NCBI GenBank assembly: GCA_965218425.1
Contig: OZ244621.1
Location: forward strand, 896,001 to 960,000
Direction of reading: 5' to 3'
DNA: 64,000 bases
From: an uncultured Candidatus Binatia bacterium
Lineage (GTDB): Bacteria; Desulfobacterota; Binatia; UBA9968; CAXXLF01
The notes below the pieces were generated by a model, which had not been told where the DNA came from, did not search any database, and saw only the letters and a program-made list of their open reading frames with translations. The position numbers were made by a program, and so were the translations under genes. Below, piece by piece: positions 53,473 to 63,463 of the stretch. How positions within the stretch are numbered: the stretch's first letter is position 1; the number at the start of each line of letters is the position of its first letter.

Positions 53473-53540
53473 CGCTTTGTTGAATTCGTTCCGCGCAACA
53501 GTTTACCGATGCTATTACAGCGCCGACGGGATTGGACGTC

Positions 53541-54923
53541 TTATTTTATATACCTGCTGACATCCACCCGCTCCAGTGCATCCCTGGGGACTTCGTTGCG
53601 CTTTGGAAACTCCCCTTTGAGCGGCTTCGTCGCGTCAACAACGGCGACGGCGTCACCCAACCAAGGGCGGAAGTTCTGCACCTGGCGAATGACCTCCAGG
53701 TCCTTGTCCCAATGGGTTCGGGTGGCCACCGCCCACATGACTTCTCGCTCCGAGAACACATCCACGTCTTCGTCCACCACCACGGCCAGCTTAAGGTTGG
53801 GCATTTCTACAAAGGCCTGCATGGCGGCTTTACGGGGCTCGTTGTTAAATCTCTTATCCATGGAAATATAACAGATGGTTCGGCCGCAACCCGAGGGTGG
53901 CAGGTTTATGGCCTTGATGCCGGGAATATTCTTCTTGATGACATTGTAGACGCTAGCCTCTTTGGGTATTCCCCCCAACAGCCAGTGATCCATTTGCCCC
54001 GCCCAAATGTCCTGCATGACGGCCTTCTTCTTATGGGTGATGGCCGTGACTTCAATCACCGGGACGTTCATCTGTCCCTGGTAGTAACCCATGACCTCGC
54101 CGAAAGGATTTTGAGATTCCCTCACGTTTGGAACGACCTCGCCCTCAACAATGATTTCAGCATCCGCAGGCACGAGAAAATCATCCTTCCAAGTCTCGGA
54201 TGGGGTGAGGCGCAACGGCTCCTGAAGGAAGGCGGAGGCGGTCAAGTAATCGTTGTTGCCGAACGGGGTCATACTGCACGAGGAGAGGTAAAAAGCCGGG
54301 TGGTGTCCAAGCACGATAATCACCGGGGCCCTTCTGCCCTTCTTTTCATATTCCGTGACCATGGTCTCCAGGTGATGATGGGCGTGGGCTGAGAAGCTCG
54401 CTCGCCTGGGCCCGTAGAACATGTTCTTGGTGAACGTGATGTCGTAAAAGTCATCGTCCATCCGCTTCATAACGCAAGCCATGGTGTAATAGGGGCCCAC
54501 ATCGTCCTTGTGATGCATGGGCATGGGAAGGGTTCTCAGATCCGCCTGTTCTCCTCGATACACGGCCTCCCTGCAGGGGGCCTTGCCGGGAGCCATCCAT
54601 TCCGTTTCTCCCCGCTGCAATTCACGCCGTGATATCTCCAGGCCCAGATCCATCTGAGACTTCAGCTCGCCCATTCCCAGCGCATCGGCACAGTACTGGC
54701 GCGTAACAAACGGATTATAGAACAGTGGGACAGGAGAAGGTCGCCCACCCAGGGTGAGGATGTTTTCAAAGAGCACCATCTTCTCCACACCTTTTTGGTC
54801 CAATTGCTGCAGAAACGCGATGGTCTCAAAGCGATTGGGGTCAATGGCCTCCTTCACGCGAATGACCGACCCCGGCCTTTTGTCCTCTTCCATGGCGATG
54901 AAATTTTGCAAGTCCTTACTCAC
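53541..54923 (-). CDS. UbiD family (prFMN-dependent) decarboxylase-like protein
   Basis: DLRTLP, D.GPY, VPADAEIIVEG, PFGE.MGYY, VVVDEDVD and EVMWAVATR. GTG start at 54923 with AGGAGG RBS. Confidence 0.9.
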   Translation of the reverse strand: MSKDLQNFIAMEEDKRPGSVIRVKEAIDPNRFETIAFLQQLDQKGVEKMVLFENILTLGGRPSPVPLFYNPFVTRQYCADALGMGELKSQMDLGLEISRRELQRGETEWMAPGKAPCREAVYRGEQADLRTLPMPMHHKDDVGPYYTMACVMKRMDDDFYDITFTKNMFYGPRRASFSAHAHHHLETMVTEYEKKGRRAPVIIVLGHHPAFYLSSCSMTPFGNNDYLTASAFLQEPLRLTPSETWKDDFLVPADAEIIVEGEVVPNVRESQNPFGEVMGYYQGQMNVPVIEVTAITHKKKAVMQDIWAGQMDHWLLGGIPKEASVYNVIKKNIPGIKAINLPPSGCGRTICYISMDKRFNNEPRKAAMQAFVEMPNLKLAVVVDEDVDVFSEREVMWAVATRTHWDKDLEVIRQVQNFRPWLGDAVAVVDATKPLKGEFPKRNEVPRDALERVDVSRYIK

Positions 54924-55068
54924 ACCCGTCCTCCTAAAGTCGATTCTCCCCGTCGGCCCATGGGGCTTTTTTCCTAGCGTATTACTACCCTGCCCGCGGA
55001 ATCGAGTCAAATGCACGGTGGCTCCATATAGAAAGGTGTGGTGCGAGATGTTTCATTGGCGGTGTCCG

Positions 55069-55471
55069 AACAGGGGAAATGAAGCTTGCACATTCTCCAT
55101 CCCCTGTTACCGTAGGGCTTCGGGGACTTGCTCCGCTCCACGGGACTCCCTGAGCAACCCACCGGGCCCGCGCTCGCACGAACCTTCCGGATCTCGGATT
55201 ACCCGTGGGCGGACTGCGGCTTTCGTGCGGCGCAGACCTCGGTGGGTTGCCCGCTGCTCCGTCCATGCTTCGCTCAGCAAACCCTCTCAGCCTATGGCCG
55301 ACGCGAAGGAGCTGGTGCACTTGAGCGCAAGTTCGGTTCTGAGGCGTGCAAGCCTCTGCCAAGCTGAGGAAAAGCGGCATCGACTGTCTGAGCGTAGCTA
55401 GTTTCGAGGCTGCCCGAAGCGAGCGGCTAAGACTTCCCGCCGAGGGACCGCTGAAGCGAAGGGACACCAGC
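55069..55471. other. Highly structured non-coding region with three consecutive inverted-repeat units
   Basis: AACAGGGGA/TCCCCTGTT; nested GCAACCCACCG/CGGTGGGTTGC with CGCACGAA/TTCGTGCG; GCTGGTG/CACCAGC. Confidence 0.55.
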
Positions 55472-55581
55472 CCCCGTGAAGCATGTTCAATCCCTTGCCG
55501 GGACTGATGTTCTCAACTGACGGAACCAGACTTTTTAACGCAGAGCCGTAGACAGACTTGCGCCAACTTCTACGCGGCATT

Positions 55582-58500
55582 ATGCTAACAAGGGAGCAGC
55601 TTCAAAGCGTGAACGGACTTGAAGAGATAGCTGGATTGGCCCCCTCCCGGCGTGAGCGCATGGGGCGGCTGATCCAAGAGAGCCCCTCCCCCACGCTGGC
55701 CCAAAGCAACCTTCCCAGACTCATCGAAGCCGCAGGAATCGAGTCCATCCGGAGAGTTCCCGACGACTATCTGCCCGCCCTATTTCGTCTCTTGGGCGGC
55801 AGCGCCTATCTGAGCGACATCCTGGTTCGTGTGGGACTCGAGTGGCCAAAGGTCTTTGTGGAGGCTGTCACAGTCCCACGCAAATCCCTCCGTGAGCACC
55901 TCTCGGAACTTTCTTACCTGTCCATCCAAGAGGTCACCTATGACCGGTTGGCCAGTGGCCTGCGGCAGCACAAGCAACGCCAAATGCTTCGGATCGGCGC
56001 CAGAGATCTCTCCTCTTTGGCTTCGCCCATCGAGACCATGAGGGAGCTTGCGACTTTAGCAGAGGCCTCCCTTCATACCGCCTACCTTTGCTGTCGCTCA
56101 GAGTTGGAAAATGAATTTGGTCACCTTGGCCTTCCCGGCGCTGAGAACCGAAACGGCTTCGCTATCCTGGGCATGGGAAAACTCGGAGGGGACGAGCTGA
56201 ACTTTAGCTCTGACATCGATCTCATCTACCTCTACGAACAAGATGAGGGGGAGAGTAACGGGGGGTCTAAAGGTAAAACGGGACCCCGCGATTTCTTCAC
56301 GCGATTGGCCGAACGAATCACCCGGATCATGGGGGATATCACGGAAGACGGCTTTGTCTTTCGGACCGATCTCCGGCTTCGCCCCCACGGGCGCAACGGC
56401 CCTCTGGTTCAATCCTTCGATTCCACTCTGCTTTACTATGAATCCCGGGGACGGCCCTGGGAGCGCGCCGCACTCATCAAAGCCCGATGGGTGGCGGGCG
56501 ACAGGGAGCTGGGGGAACGATTTCTCAAGGCAGTAGAGCCTTTCATTTACCGCCGACACCTGGACTACGCCACCGTGGAAGACTTGCGGAAAATGAAATT
56601 ACGCATTGAGCAGGAGTTAGTGGGTCCCGGCGGGAAGGAACGGGATTTAAAACAGGGAACCGGCGGAATCCGTGAGGTGGAGTTTTTTACCCAAGCCCTG
56701 CAGTTGGTGAACGGCGGATACGAATCAGGCATCCGGGATCAAAACACGATCCGGGCCCTGGAGCGGCTGGCCAAACACAATTTCATCCCGGCCGATGAAA
56801 AGACAGTCCTGAGCGAGGCCTATATCTTCCTGCGCAATGTAGAGCACAAGGTACAAATGGTTAGAGAGGCACACTCGTTTTCTATCCCCAGGGACGAGGA
56901 AGCCGAACGGTTCCTGGCGCGTCGTTTGAACTATGTAAAGGGGTCCCAGGGAGATGAACGCCATCTCTTCTGGCATGACTATCACAAGCATACCGTTTTG
57001 GTGAGACGGGCCTTTGAGCGGCTCTTTTACAGTGCCCAAAAGGAAATTGAACCTGAAAAGACCTCCAGTCTCGGAAAGCTCTGGGGCCATCTGGACCATG
57101 AGGAGTCCGTACTGAAGGAACTCAAAGAGTTAGGCTTCACGGATGCCAAACGAACCTACCGCACCCTGCTGGAGGTGCGAGACGGGACATCCTACTCCCC
57201 CCCCAGTCCCAGGAGACTCAAGGTTATGGCTGCCCTGGGCCCTGCCCTGATCTGCGAGATTCTACGATTCGACTCGCCCGACCAAACCCTCTTCAACCTG
57301 GCGGAGTTCAGTCACAGGGTGGGAGGTCGCACCGGATTTCTCTCTCTCCTTGCGGAGAATCCCAGAACCATGCGCCTCCTGATCAGCCTCTTCTCCAGCA
57401 GTCAGTTCCTAACCGATCTCTTTCTCAAACGCGCCGAGCTGCTGGACAGCTTGATCCGCGTGGACCTTAGCCGGCTAAGAAAAACCAAGGACGAGATGAT
57501 GGACGAGCTGGCGAGTCACCTGGACCAGCGCGACGACCTGGAAGACAAACTCAACTCCCTCAGGCGTTACCGGGCGGAAGAATTCATTCGCATCGGCCTT
57601 CACGACATTGGAGGAGAACTGGAGCTCGAGGAAGTGATCGAACAGCTTTCCGATCTCGCCGATGCCTGTCTCCACGGGGCCGTCAGACTCGCCGTACAGG
57701 AGGTAGAGGCGAGCCTTGGCGGATTTCCAAAAGGAACCTTTACGGTTGTGGCCATGGGAAAACTCGGTGGAAGAGAGATCAATTACCACTCGGACCTGGA
57801 TCTGATCTTCATCTACGACGCCCCTCTAGGGGCCAGGAGCGACGGGGGCAGGTCGGCAGGTGTTGAGGCCCACGAATACTACGTGCGGATCGGGCACAAG
57901 CTCATGACGTTTCTTTCAGCTACAATGGAAGAAGGGGTTGTCTACAAGATCGACATGCGCCTTCGTCCCTCGGGTAACTCGGGTCCTCTGGTCACTTCCC
58001 TAGACGCCTTTCGCCACTATCATCAGACCAGCGCCCAGCTATGGGAAAGGCAATCCCTCATCAAGGCCCGCTTCGCGGCGGGGAACTCGGATCTTGGACA
58101 AGACGCTGAGAGGGAAGCTGAGGTCACCGCCTATGGAGAGGGTCTCCCGGAAGAAGGGATAGAAAGAATAAATCACCTGCGGATGCGCATGGAGCGAGAG
58201 CTTGCCGGGGAAAGTGACTCCAGGTTTAACCTGAAAAAAGGCAAAGGGGGGATGGCGGATATCGAGTTCATAACTCAGATGCTGCAACTTACCTATGGTC
58301 ATCTCCACCCCGCCATCCACCAGAGAGGGACTCTGGACGCCCTGAGGAGACTCAGGGACCGAGATCTCATGGACCAGACCGAATACGTCTTGTTGTCAGA
58401 GAGCTATCGATTTCTCCGGCAAATCGATCATCGCTTGCGTCTGAAACATGACCAGTCCATCGACCTGCTGGAGCGCGAACCGGGAAAGCTACAGGGTATC

Positions 58501-58638
58501 GCCAAGGCTATGGGCTACAGGGGAGACGGGAATAATAGTGAAGGGGAACCCTTGCTCGAAGATTACGAGAATCGCCGCGATCAAATTCGCGCCTGTTATA
58601 ATCGTTTTTTCAAGACAACCGGCGGCGAGTCCGATTAA
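55582..58638 (+). CDS. glnE: Bifunctional glutamine synthetase adenylyltransferase/adenylyl-removing enzyme
   Basis: Two nucleotidyltransferase domains (GKLGGDELNFSSDIDL and GKLGGREINYHSDLDL) with D.RLRP.G and WER motifs. Alternative TTG start at 55558. Confidence 0.97.
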   Translation: MLTREQLQSVNGLEEIAGLAPSRRERMGRLIQESPSPTLAQSNLPRLIEAAGIESIRRVPDDYLPALFRLLGGSAYLSDILVRVGLEWPKVFVEAVTVPRKSLREHLSELSYLSIQEVTYDRLASGLRQHKQRQMLRIGARDLSSLASPIETMRELATLAEASLHTAYLCCRSELENEFGHLGLPGAENRNGFAILGMGKLGGDELNFSSDIDLIYLYEQDEGESNGGSKGKTGPRDFFTRLAERITRIMGDITEDGFVFRTDLRLRPHGRNGPLVQSFDSTLLYYESRGRPWERAALIKARWVAGDRELGERFLKAVEPFIYRRHLDYATVEDLRKMKLRIEQELVGPGGKERDLKQGTGGIREVEFFTQALQLVNGGYESGIRDQNTIRALERLAKHNFIPADEKTVLSEAYIFLRNVEHKVQMVREAHSFSIPRDEEAERFLARRLNYVKGSQGDERHLFWHDYHKHTVLVRRAFERLFYSAQKEIEPEKTSSLGKLWGHLDHEESVLKELKELGFTDAKRTYRTLLEVRDGTSYSPPSPRRLKVMAALGPALICEILRFDSPDQTLFNLAEFSHRVGGRTGFLSLLAENPRTMRLLISLFSSSQFLTDLFLKRAELLDSLIRVDLSRLRKTKDEMMDELASHLDQRDDLEDKLNSLRRYRAEEFIRIGLHDIGGELELEEVIEQLSDLADACLHGAVRLAVQEVEASLGGFPKGTFTVVAMGKLGGREINYHSDLDLIFIYDAPLGARSDGGRSAGVEAHEYYVRIGHKLMTFLSATMEEGVVYKIDMRLRPSGNSGPLVTSLDAFRHYHQTSAQLWERQSLIKARFAAGNSDLGQDAEREAEVTAYGEGLPEEGIERINHLRMRMERELAGESDSRFNLKKGKGGMADIEFITQMLQLTYGHLHPAIHQRGTLDALRRLRDRDLMDQTEYVLLSESYRFLRQIDHRLRLKHDQSIDLLEREPGKLQGIAKAMGYRGDGNNSEGEPLLEDYENRRDQIRACYNRFFKTTGGESD

Positions 58639-58679
58639 AATTGAAATTCTCCGCCCCGGATCAAAGGACTCCACAACAC

Positions 58680-59636
58680 TCATCGGAACTTTCCATAGCG
58701 CTCCCGCTCAAGGTCCAGTTCAGTCTTGAGCCCAATAGCGTGCAGCGCCGAATCCGCCTCTTCGAGCGTGTTGCTTCCTGCCAGGGCCTGCGCGGGCCGG
58801 GAAAGGGTCTGGAAAACGATTGATGGGGAAAGAAAAAAGGTCAGTGCCGTCAGGGGAGTCAACTTCACGGTTCTCTCCCCGTGACGAATCAACTTTTCTC
58901 CCCATGCCCCCAGCGCACACTCCACGGGTATGGCGCTTGCCTCCGTATTGACCCTTTTAATCACCCCCTGCAACTCTGCCACGATCTTCGGGGTAAGGGC
59001 CCAAGCCCCAAGGAAACCACCCGCCTCCGCCACCACGCTCAACGCCTTTTCCACCTCATCTGTGCTCAATTCGCCGTCACTACCGTAGCCAAAAACCCCC
59101 CATATCGTTGGAACTCCCTGTTTTTCCAACTCAGCGCACGCTGCAAGCATAACCGAATCCGCAAGCGGGCTTCGCAGACCTTTCTCCCCTCCCCGGGCGA
59201 GGGAATCTCCCCCCACGTCGAGGCCGATGAGAAGATCCGCGTTGAATTCCTTAAGGGCCAGCTTGAGACCTTCAACGACACCTTTGACCCCACCGTTGAT
59301 ATCCACGAGCAAAATTTCCCGACCCAAGACCTCGGCCATCTTAGATTCGGCAAAATAGACACCGGTGCGGGTCTTGGTCTGGGAATTCGCCAACCCCATT
59401 CGGGGGTGAATGGGTTTTACGCCCTCCATTTCATCCAGGGAACGGGGACCGGGAAGCGGGTCATAAACGTATCGTTCCCAGGAGAGTCCCCCCAGGGTAA
59501 AGTTTACGCCGCAGAATTCTACAAACCGCGCCGCTGCCAGGGCACCCACAACGTCCCCGCCCCCGCCCACGCCAATGACCAGGGCGTGGGAAGAAGAACG
59601 GATTAAGTCTTCCAGTGACTGAATATTTTTCTCCAA
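58680..59636 (-). CDS. DUF1152 family protein
   Basis: GVGGGGD, DVGGDSLA.G.E.GLRSPLAD and GYGSDGEL. Confidence 0.8.
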   Translation of the reverse strand: MEKNIQSLEDLIRSSSHALVIGVGGGGDVVGALAAARFVEFCGVNFTLGGLSWERYVYDPLPGPRSLDEMEGVKPIHPRMGLANSQTKTRTGVYFAESKMAEVLGREILLVDINGGVKGVVEGLKLALKEFNADLLIGLDVGGDSLARGGEKGLRSPLADSVMLAACAELEKQGVPTIWGVFGYGSDGELSTDEVEKALSVVAEAGGFLGAWALTPKIVAELQGVIKRVNTEASAIPVECALGAWGEKLIRHGERTVKLTPLTALTFFLSPSIVFQTLSRPAQALAGSNTLEEADSALHAIGLKTELDLERERYGKFR

Positions 59637-59694
59637 GGAGACATCTCATCAAGCAACAGTGTCGCCTATACCCAAGAACTGTATAGTAGCGGCC

Positions 59695-60171
59695 TTAATC
59701 TTCATTACCGCCCCTCCGCTCATTGCAGTCCGTTCTTATCTTGTTCCTGAGAAGCGCCACTGCTTTAGTCATGGTCTGTCTTTCAGTGGGATAGGCAAGC
59801 CGATTGACCGCTTCCGAAAGGGGCGACCAGCAGACCTCTTCAACCTCCTGATCATGCCGGCTCACATCCCCGCCAAGGGAATGGATCAGATAAAAATAGA
59901 CGCGCTTAAAAACTTTGACCGAAACGGAATTGTTTTTGTCCTTACCTGTGAACCAGTAAGTGATATCCCCTATCTTCGCCACCACCTCGCCATCCAGCCC
60001 GGTCTCCTCCCTCACTTCCCGCAGCGCCGTCTCCTGGAGTTCCTCCCCCTTTTCTACTTGTCCTTTGGGTAAACACCAGCGCGGACCTACCCGAATCAGT
60101 GCCACTTCCGTAGTCCCGTTATATTCACGGTAAACCACTCCGCCGGAAGATATTTCTCTAAGGGTGCGCAC
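59695..60171 (-). CDS. NUDIX hydrolase (Ap4A hydrolase-like)
   Basis: Nudix box GQVEKGEELQETALREVREETGL. Confidence 0.92.
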   Translation of the reverse strand: MRTLREISSGGVVYREYNGTTEVALIRVGPRWCLPKGQVEKGEELQETALREVREETGLDGEVVAKIGDITYWFTGKDKNNSVSVKVFKRVYFYLIHSLGGDVSRHDQEVEEVCWSPLSEAVNRLAYPTERQTMTKAVALLRNKIRTDCNERRGGNED

Positions 60172-60178
60172 AATGCCC

Positions 60179-60508
60179 CTACTTCTTGGCCTTGGCCAGC
60201 TCTTCCTCCATCCAATGAAGGTAGCTCTCGCTCCCCTTCAGGATGGGAAGCGCAATAACCTCAGGCACCGTATAGCTATGAAGTTCCTGAACCTTCGACT
60301 TGAGGCGGTCGAAGAGATCTTCCCTCGTCTTGATGACTAGGAGCTGCTCCTCACCACGCTCCACCTTTCCCTGCCACCAATAGGTGGATTGCACTTGACC
60401 CAGACGATTCACACAGGCCGCAAGCCGGCCCTCCACCAGGGCATTCGCCAACTTCTCTCCCTCTTCAGCTGAGGGCACGGTAACATAGACAACGATATAC
60501 GCGCTCAT
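60179..60508 (-). CDS. cutA: Divalent-cation tolerance protein CutA
   Basis: LVEGRLAACVN, STYWWQGKV and HSYTVPEVI. Confidence 0.95.
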   Translation of the reverse strand: MSAYIVVYVTVPSAEEGEKLANALVEGRLAACVNRLGQVQSTYWWQGKVERGEEQLLVIKTREDLFDRLKSKVQELHSYTVPEVIALPILKGSESYLHWMEEELAKAKK

Positions 60509-60647
60509 AACAAGAAGCTTACAACTCTCCTTTCCCACCAGTCAATTGGACCCGGCGGCTCCCATACCTTTGGACGCCCATGGCCATATGACTCATCGGC
60601 GCACGGGACCGAAAGCAATTGACCGGGAGTTCTAAATGGAATGCCAA

Positions 60648-60684
60648 TTCTTTCAACGAGTTGAAAGAGTTAAGGTTGAAAGAA
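60648..60684. promoter_or_regulatory. Palindromic/triple-repeat candidate operator between cutA and hisI
   Basis: TCTTTCAAC-GA-GTTGAAAGA, plus a third GTTGAAAGA at 60675. Confidence 0.4.
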
Positions 60685-60715
60685 CGGTGCATCTATGTTA
60701 ACTCCTTAAAAACTC

Positions 60716-61120
60716 TTGAGCAAGGTTATAGAAAATACTTTAAAGCAAAACATCGATTTCGCCAAAGGTGAAGGACTGGTCCCGGTGGTTGTCCAGGATT
60801 ATCAAACCCGCGACGTCCTCATGCTGGCTTATATGAACCGGGAGGCCTGGGACAAGACGCGCAGGACCGGCAAGGCCCATTATTACAGTCGCTCGCGCGG
60901 GAAACTATGGCTCAAGGGGGAGGAATCAGGCCATTTTCAGGAGGTCAAAAAGGCCCTTATCGATTGCGACAACGATACCTTGGTGCTTCAGGTGAAGCAG
61001 CGAGGCGGGGGGGCCTGCCACATGGGTTACCGATCCTGTTTTTTCCGCAAACGGGCCCCGCGCGGCTGGAAGGTCTCGGAGAAAAGGCTTTTCAATCCCG
61101 AGGAGGTTTATAACAAGTGA
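60716..61120 (+). CDS. hisI: Phosphoribosyl-AMP cyclohydrolase (monofunctional)
   Basis: [28 protein letters not shown] and [10 protein letters not shown]. Confidence 0.96.
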   Translation: MSKVIENTLKQNIDFAKGEGLVPVVVQDYQTRDVLMLAYMNREAWDKTRRTGKAHYYSRSRGKLWLKGEESGHFQEVKKALIDCDNDTLVLQVKQRGGGACHMGYRSCFFRKRAPRGWKVSEKRLFNPEEVYNK

Positions 61121-62007
61121 AGGAACTCAAGTTCGGGATTCCCAAGGGCAGCCTCCAGGCTTCCACTTCTGAGCTGTTCAAAAAGGCGGGGTGGCGGATT
61201 CGTGGCACAGATCGCAGCTATTTTCCTTCCATTGACGACAGCAGCCTGCGCTTGAGCCTGATCAGGGCCCAGGAAATGTCCCGCTATGTCGAAGACGGAA
61301 CCCTGGACGCGGGTATCACGGGAAAAGACTGGACACAGGAAAATGATTCGGATGTGGAGATAGCCGCCGAGTTCGTCTACGCCAAGGCGAGCCTCAAACC
61401 CGTTCGCTGGGTTCTCGCCGTGCCAAAGGATTCACCGGTTGAAAAGCTGGAGCAGCTAAAGGGCAAGAAGATTGCTACGGAAATGGTCAACTTCACGGAA
61501 CGATATTTCTCCGAGAGGAGTATTCCAGTGGACGTGGAATTCTCTTGGGGGGCCACCGAGGCCAAAGCAGCCGAGGGACTGGTGGACGCCATTGTAGAAG
61601 TCACCGAAACGGGAGGCACCATTCGCGCCCACGGGTTAAAAATCATAGCAGAGCTACTCGAGTCGAGTCCCCAGCTCATCGTCAACAGGGAAGCATGGAA
61701 AGACCTATGGAAAAGGCAAAAAGTCGATCAAATCACCATGCTCCTACGGGGGGCCTTGGGAGCGGAAAATAAAGTCGGTATAAAGCTAAACGTCGTTGAT
61801 CGTGATCTGGAAAAAGTGGTGGAGCTGATCCCGAGTATCACCGCGCCGACGGTTGCCCCCTTGTATCAATCAGCCGCCCTTCGTGGAGAGAAGTGGTTCT
61901 CGGTGGAAAGCGTAATCTCGGAAGACGTGGTGCGGGAGCTGATCCCCAAGCTCCTGCAAAACGGCGCCGTGGGAATCATCGAGTACCCCCTAAACAAGGT
62001 GCTGTAG
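61117..62007 (+). CDS. hisG: ATP phosphoribosyltransferase, long form
   Basis: [25 protein letters not shown] and a C-terminal regulatory domain. Confidence 0.97.
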   Translation: MKELKFGIPKGSLQASTSELFKKAGWRIRGTDRSYFPSIDDSSLRLSLIRAQEMSRYVEDGTLDAGITGKDWTQENDSDVEIAAEFVYAKASLKPVRWVLAVPKDSPVEKLEQLKGKKIATEMVNFTERYFSERSIPVDVEFSWGATEAKAAEGLVDAIVEVTETGGTIRAHGLKIIAELLESSPQLIVNREAWKDLWKRQKVDQITMLLRGALGAENKVGIKLNVVDRDLEKVVELIPSITAPTVAPLYQSAALRGEKWFSVESVISEDVVRELIPKLLQNGAVGIIEYPLNKVL

Positions 62008-62057
62008 GTTTTCCGGGTTGCACTTCTATCCCCTCTGACCCAAATCCCCTTAGCGAT

Positions 62058-62850
62058 TCAATCGATTTGGAGAGTCCTAATCAACCTCATCGGATGGGTT
62101 CTGTGGCGGCCTAGAACCTTGGCGGCGGCGGCACGGTTGCCATTGGCCGCCTTGAGGGCCTCGAAAATGAAGTCCCGTCTGGCAGCGCCCATGGCCTCAT
62201 GGTACGACATGCTATTGGAGACATCCTTTACGGCCGGGGTCCCGAACCTGGCGGGCAGATCCTGAAGGGTGACCTTCTGACCTTGCTCTAGAACCACTGC
62301 TCGCTCTATCACATTGGCAAGCTCCCGTACGTTTCCTGGCCATTCGCGAGAAGCTTTTCCCGGGCTTCTCCGGTCATTTCAGTTAAGTTTTTCTTGGTCT
62401 CGCGTGAAAATCGTTGCAAGAAAAAGTGGGCCAGGTCCGAAATATCTTCCCTTCTCTCTCAATGACGGCAAGCCAATGGAGATGACATTGAGGCGATGGT
62501 AGAGATCTTCCGGAAACTTTCCCAACTTGACAGCCTCTTCCAGATTTCGATTCGTGGCAGCAACGATCCTTGCATTGACACGGATGGATTTGGTCCCGCC
62601 CACCCGCTCAAATTCTTTTTCTTGGAGAAACCTGAGGAGCGATGATCCGGCTCAAATGGCTTTGGAACAAAATCGTACGCCCCTTTCTTCATTGCCTCCA
62701 CAGCCCGCTCAACGGCTCCGTGAGCCGTTACAATCACCACTGGCACATGATTCTTCTCCTCTTGAGTTCTTTGAGAACATCAAGTCCATTCATATCGGGC
62801 ATCATATAGTCCAGGAGGGTGAGTTCCGGCCGGAAGGACTCAACTTTTTT
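62058..62850 (-). pseudogene. Decayed sigma-54-dependent response regulator (NtrC/AtoC type)
   Basis: Receiver fragments LLDYMMPDMNG / VTAHG..AYDFVPKP are joined directly to [15 protein letters not shown]...AATNR...RLNV, then WPGNVREL and a Fis-type HTH. Several frameshifts; Walker A, GAFTGA and Walker B are absent. Confidence 0.88.
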
Positions 62851-62852
62851 CG

Positions 62853-62882
62853 AAAATAAAAAAGGGGGCCATAGGCCCCCTT
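62853..62882 (-). terminator. Rho-independent terminator of the ferredoxin gene
   Basis: Minus strand GGGGGCC-TAT-GGCCCCC followed by a T-tract. Confidence 0.8.
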
Positions 62883-62908
62883 GATCAGGTTTGTGCAAAG
62901 TCTCCAGG

Positions 62909-63463
62909 CTATTCCTCGAACAGTCCGCTGTGCCTCTCTTCGAGTTTCCGTTTACCTTTCTGGTCGATCACGTACAGGCCGTCCACCTGCTTGATATCGG
63001 CGGGGTCGTAAAAATATTCAGCCACCTCCAGCCCTTCATCGAACTCGTACATCCTTATGGCATCCCAAGGACAGATCTTTCTGTCCAGCCGATCCTCAGA
63101 CTCTGTCCCTATAAGCTGGAGCTGGAACTTTTTGGGCATCTTGTCCTGTTCCAAAGGCTTTTTGGAAGCATCGTACATTCGGTTGCCGTACTCAAAATAA
63201 ATCTCGCCCGTCTCCTTGTGCTTATGGATCTTGGTATAATCATCGCTGTAACACATCTGACAGCCGATGCATTTATCGTTGTCCACCCAGACCCGGTAGG
63301 GCTTCAACCCACCCTGGGGCAACTCCTCATAAAGCAGGTTGATACAGTCATCCACCGGACAATGGACCTCACAGAGGGGGGAACCGGCGCAACTGGTGCA
63401 GTTCTCGTCCATGACCGCGAGGAGCGCCGTTCCTTTGCGTTTTGCGTCGCTTTCAGCCGCCAT
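62909..63463 (-). CDS. Atypical 2[4Fe-4S] ferredoxin with a large insertion
   Basis: CTSCAGSPLCEVHCP and CIGCQMC-(59 aa)-CPWDAI. Confidence 0.8.
   Translation of the reverse strand: MAAESDAKRKGTALLAVMDENCTSCAGSPLCEVHCPVDDCINLLYEELPQGGLKPYRVWVDNDKCIGCQMCYSDDYTKIHKHKETGEIYFEYGNRMYDASKKPLEQDKMPKKFQLQLIGTESEDRLDRKICPWDAIRMYEFDEGLEVAEYFYDPADIKQVDGLYVIDQKGKRKLEERHSGLFEE

Noticed and set aside
54985..55467. ORFs across the structured ubiD-glnE intergenic region
   Set aside because: Arg/Pro/Ala-rich with no RBS or motifs; a by-product of GC-rich palindromes.
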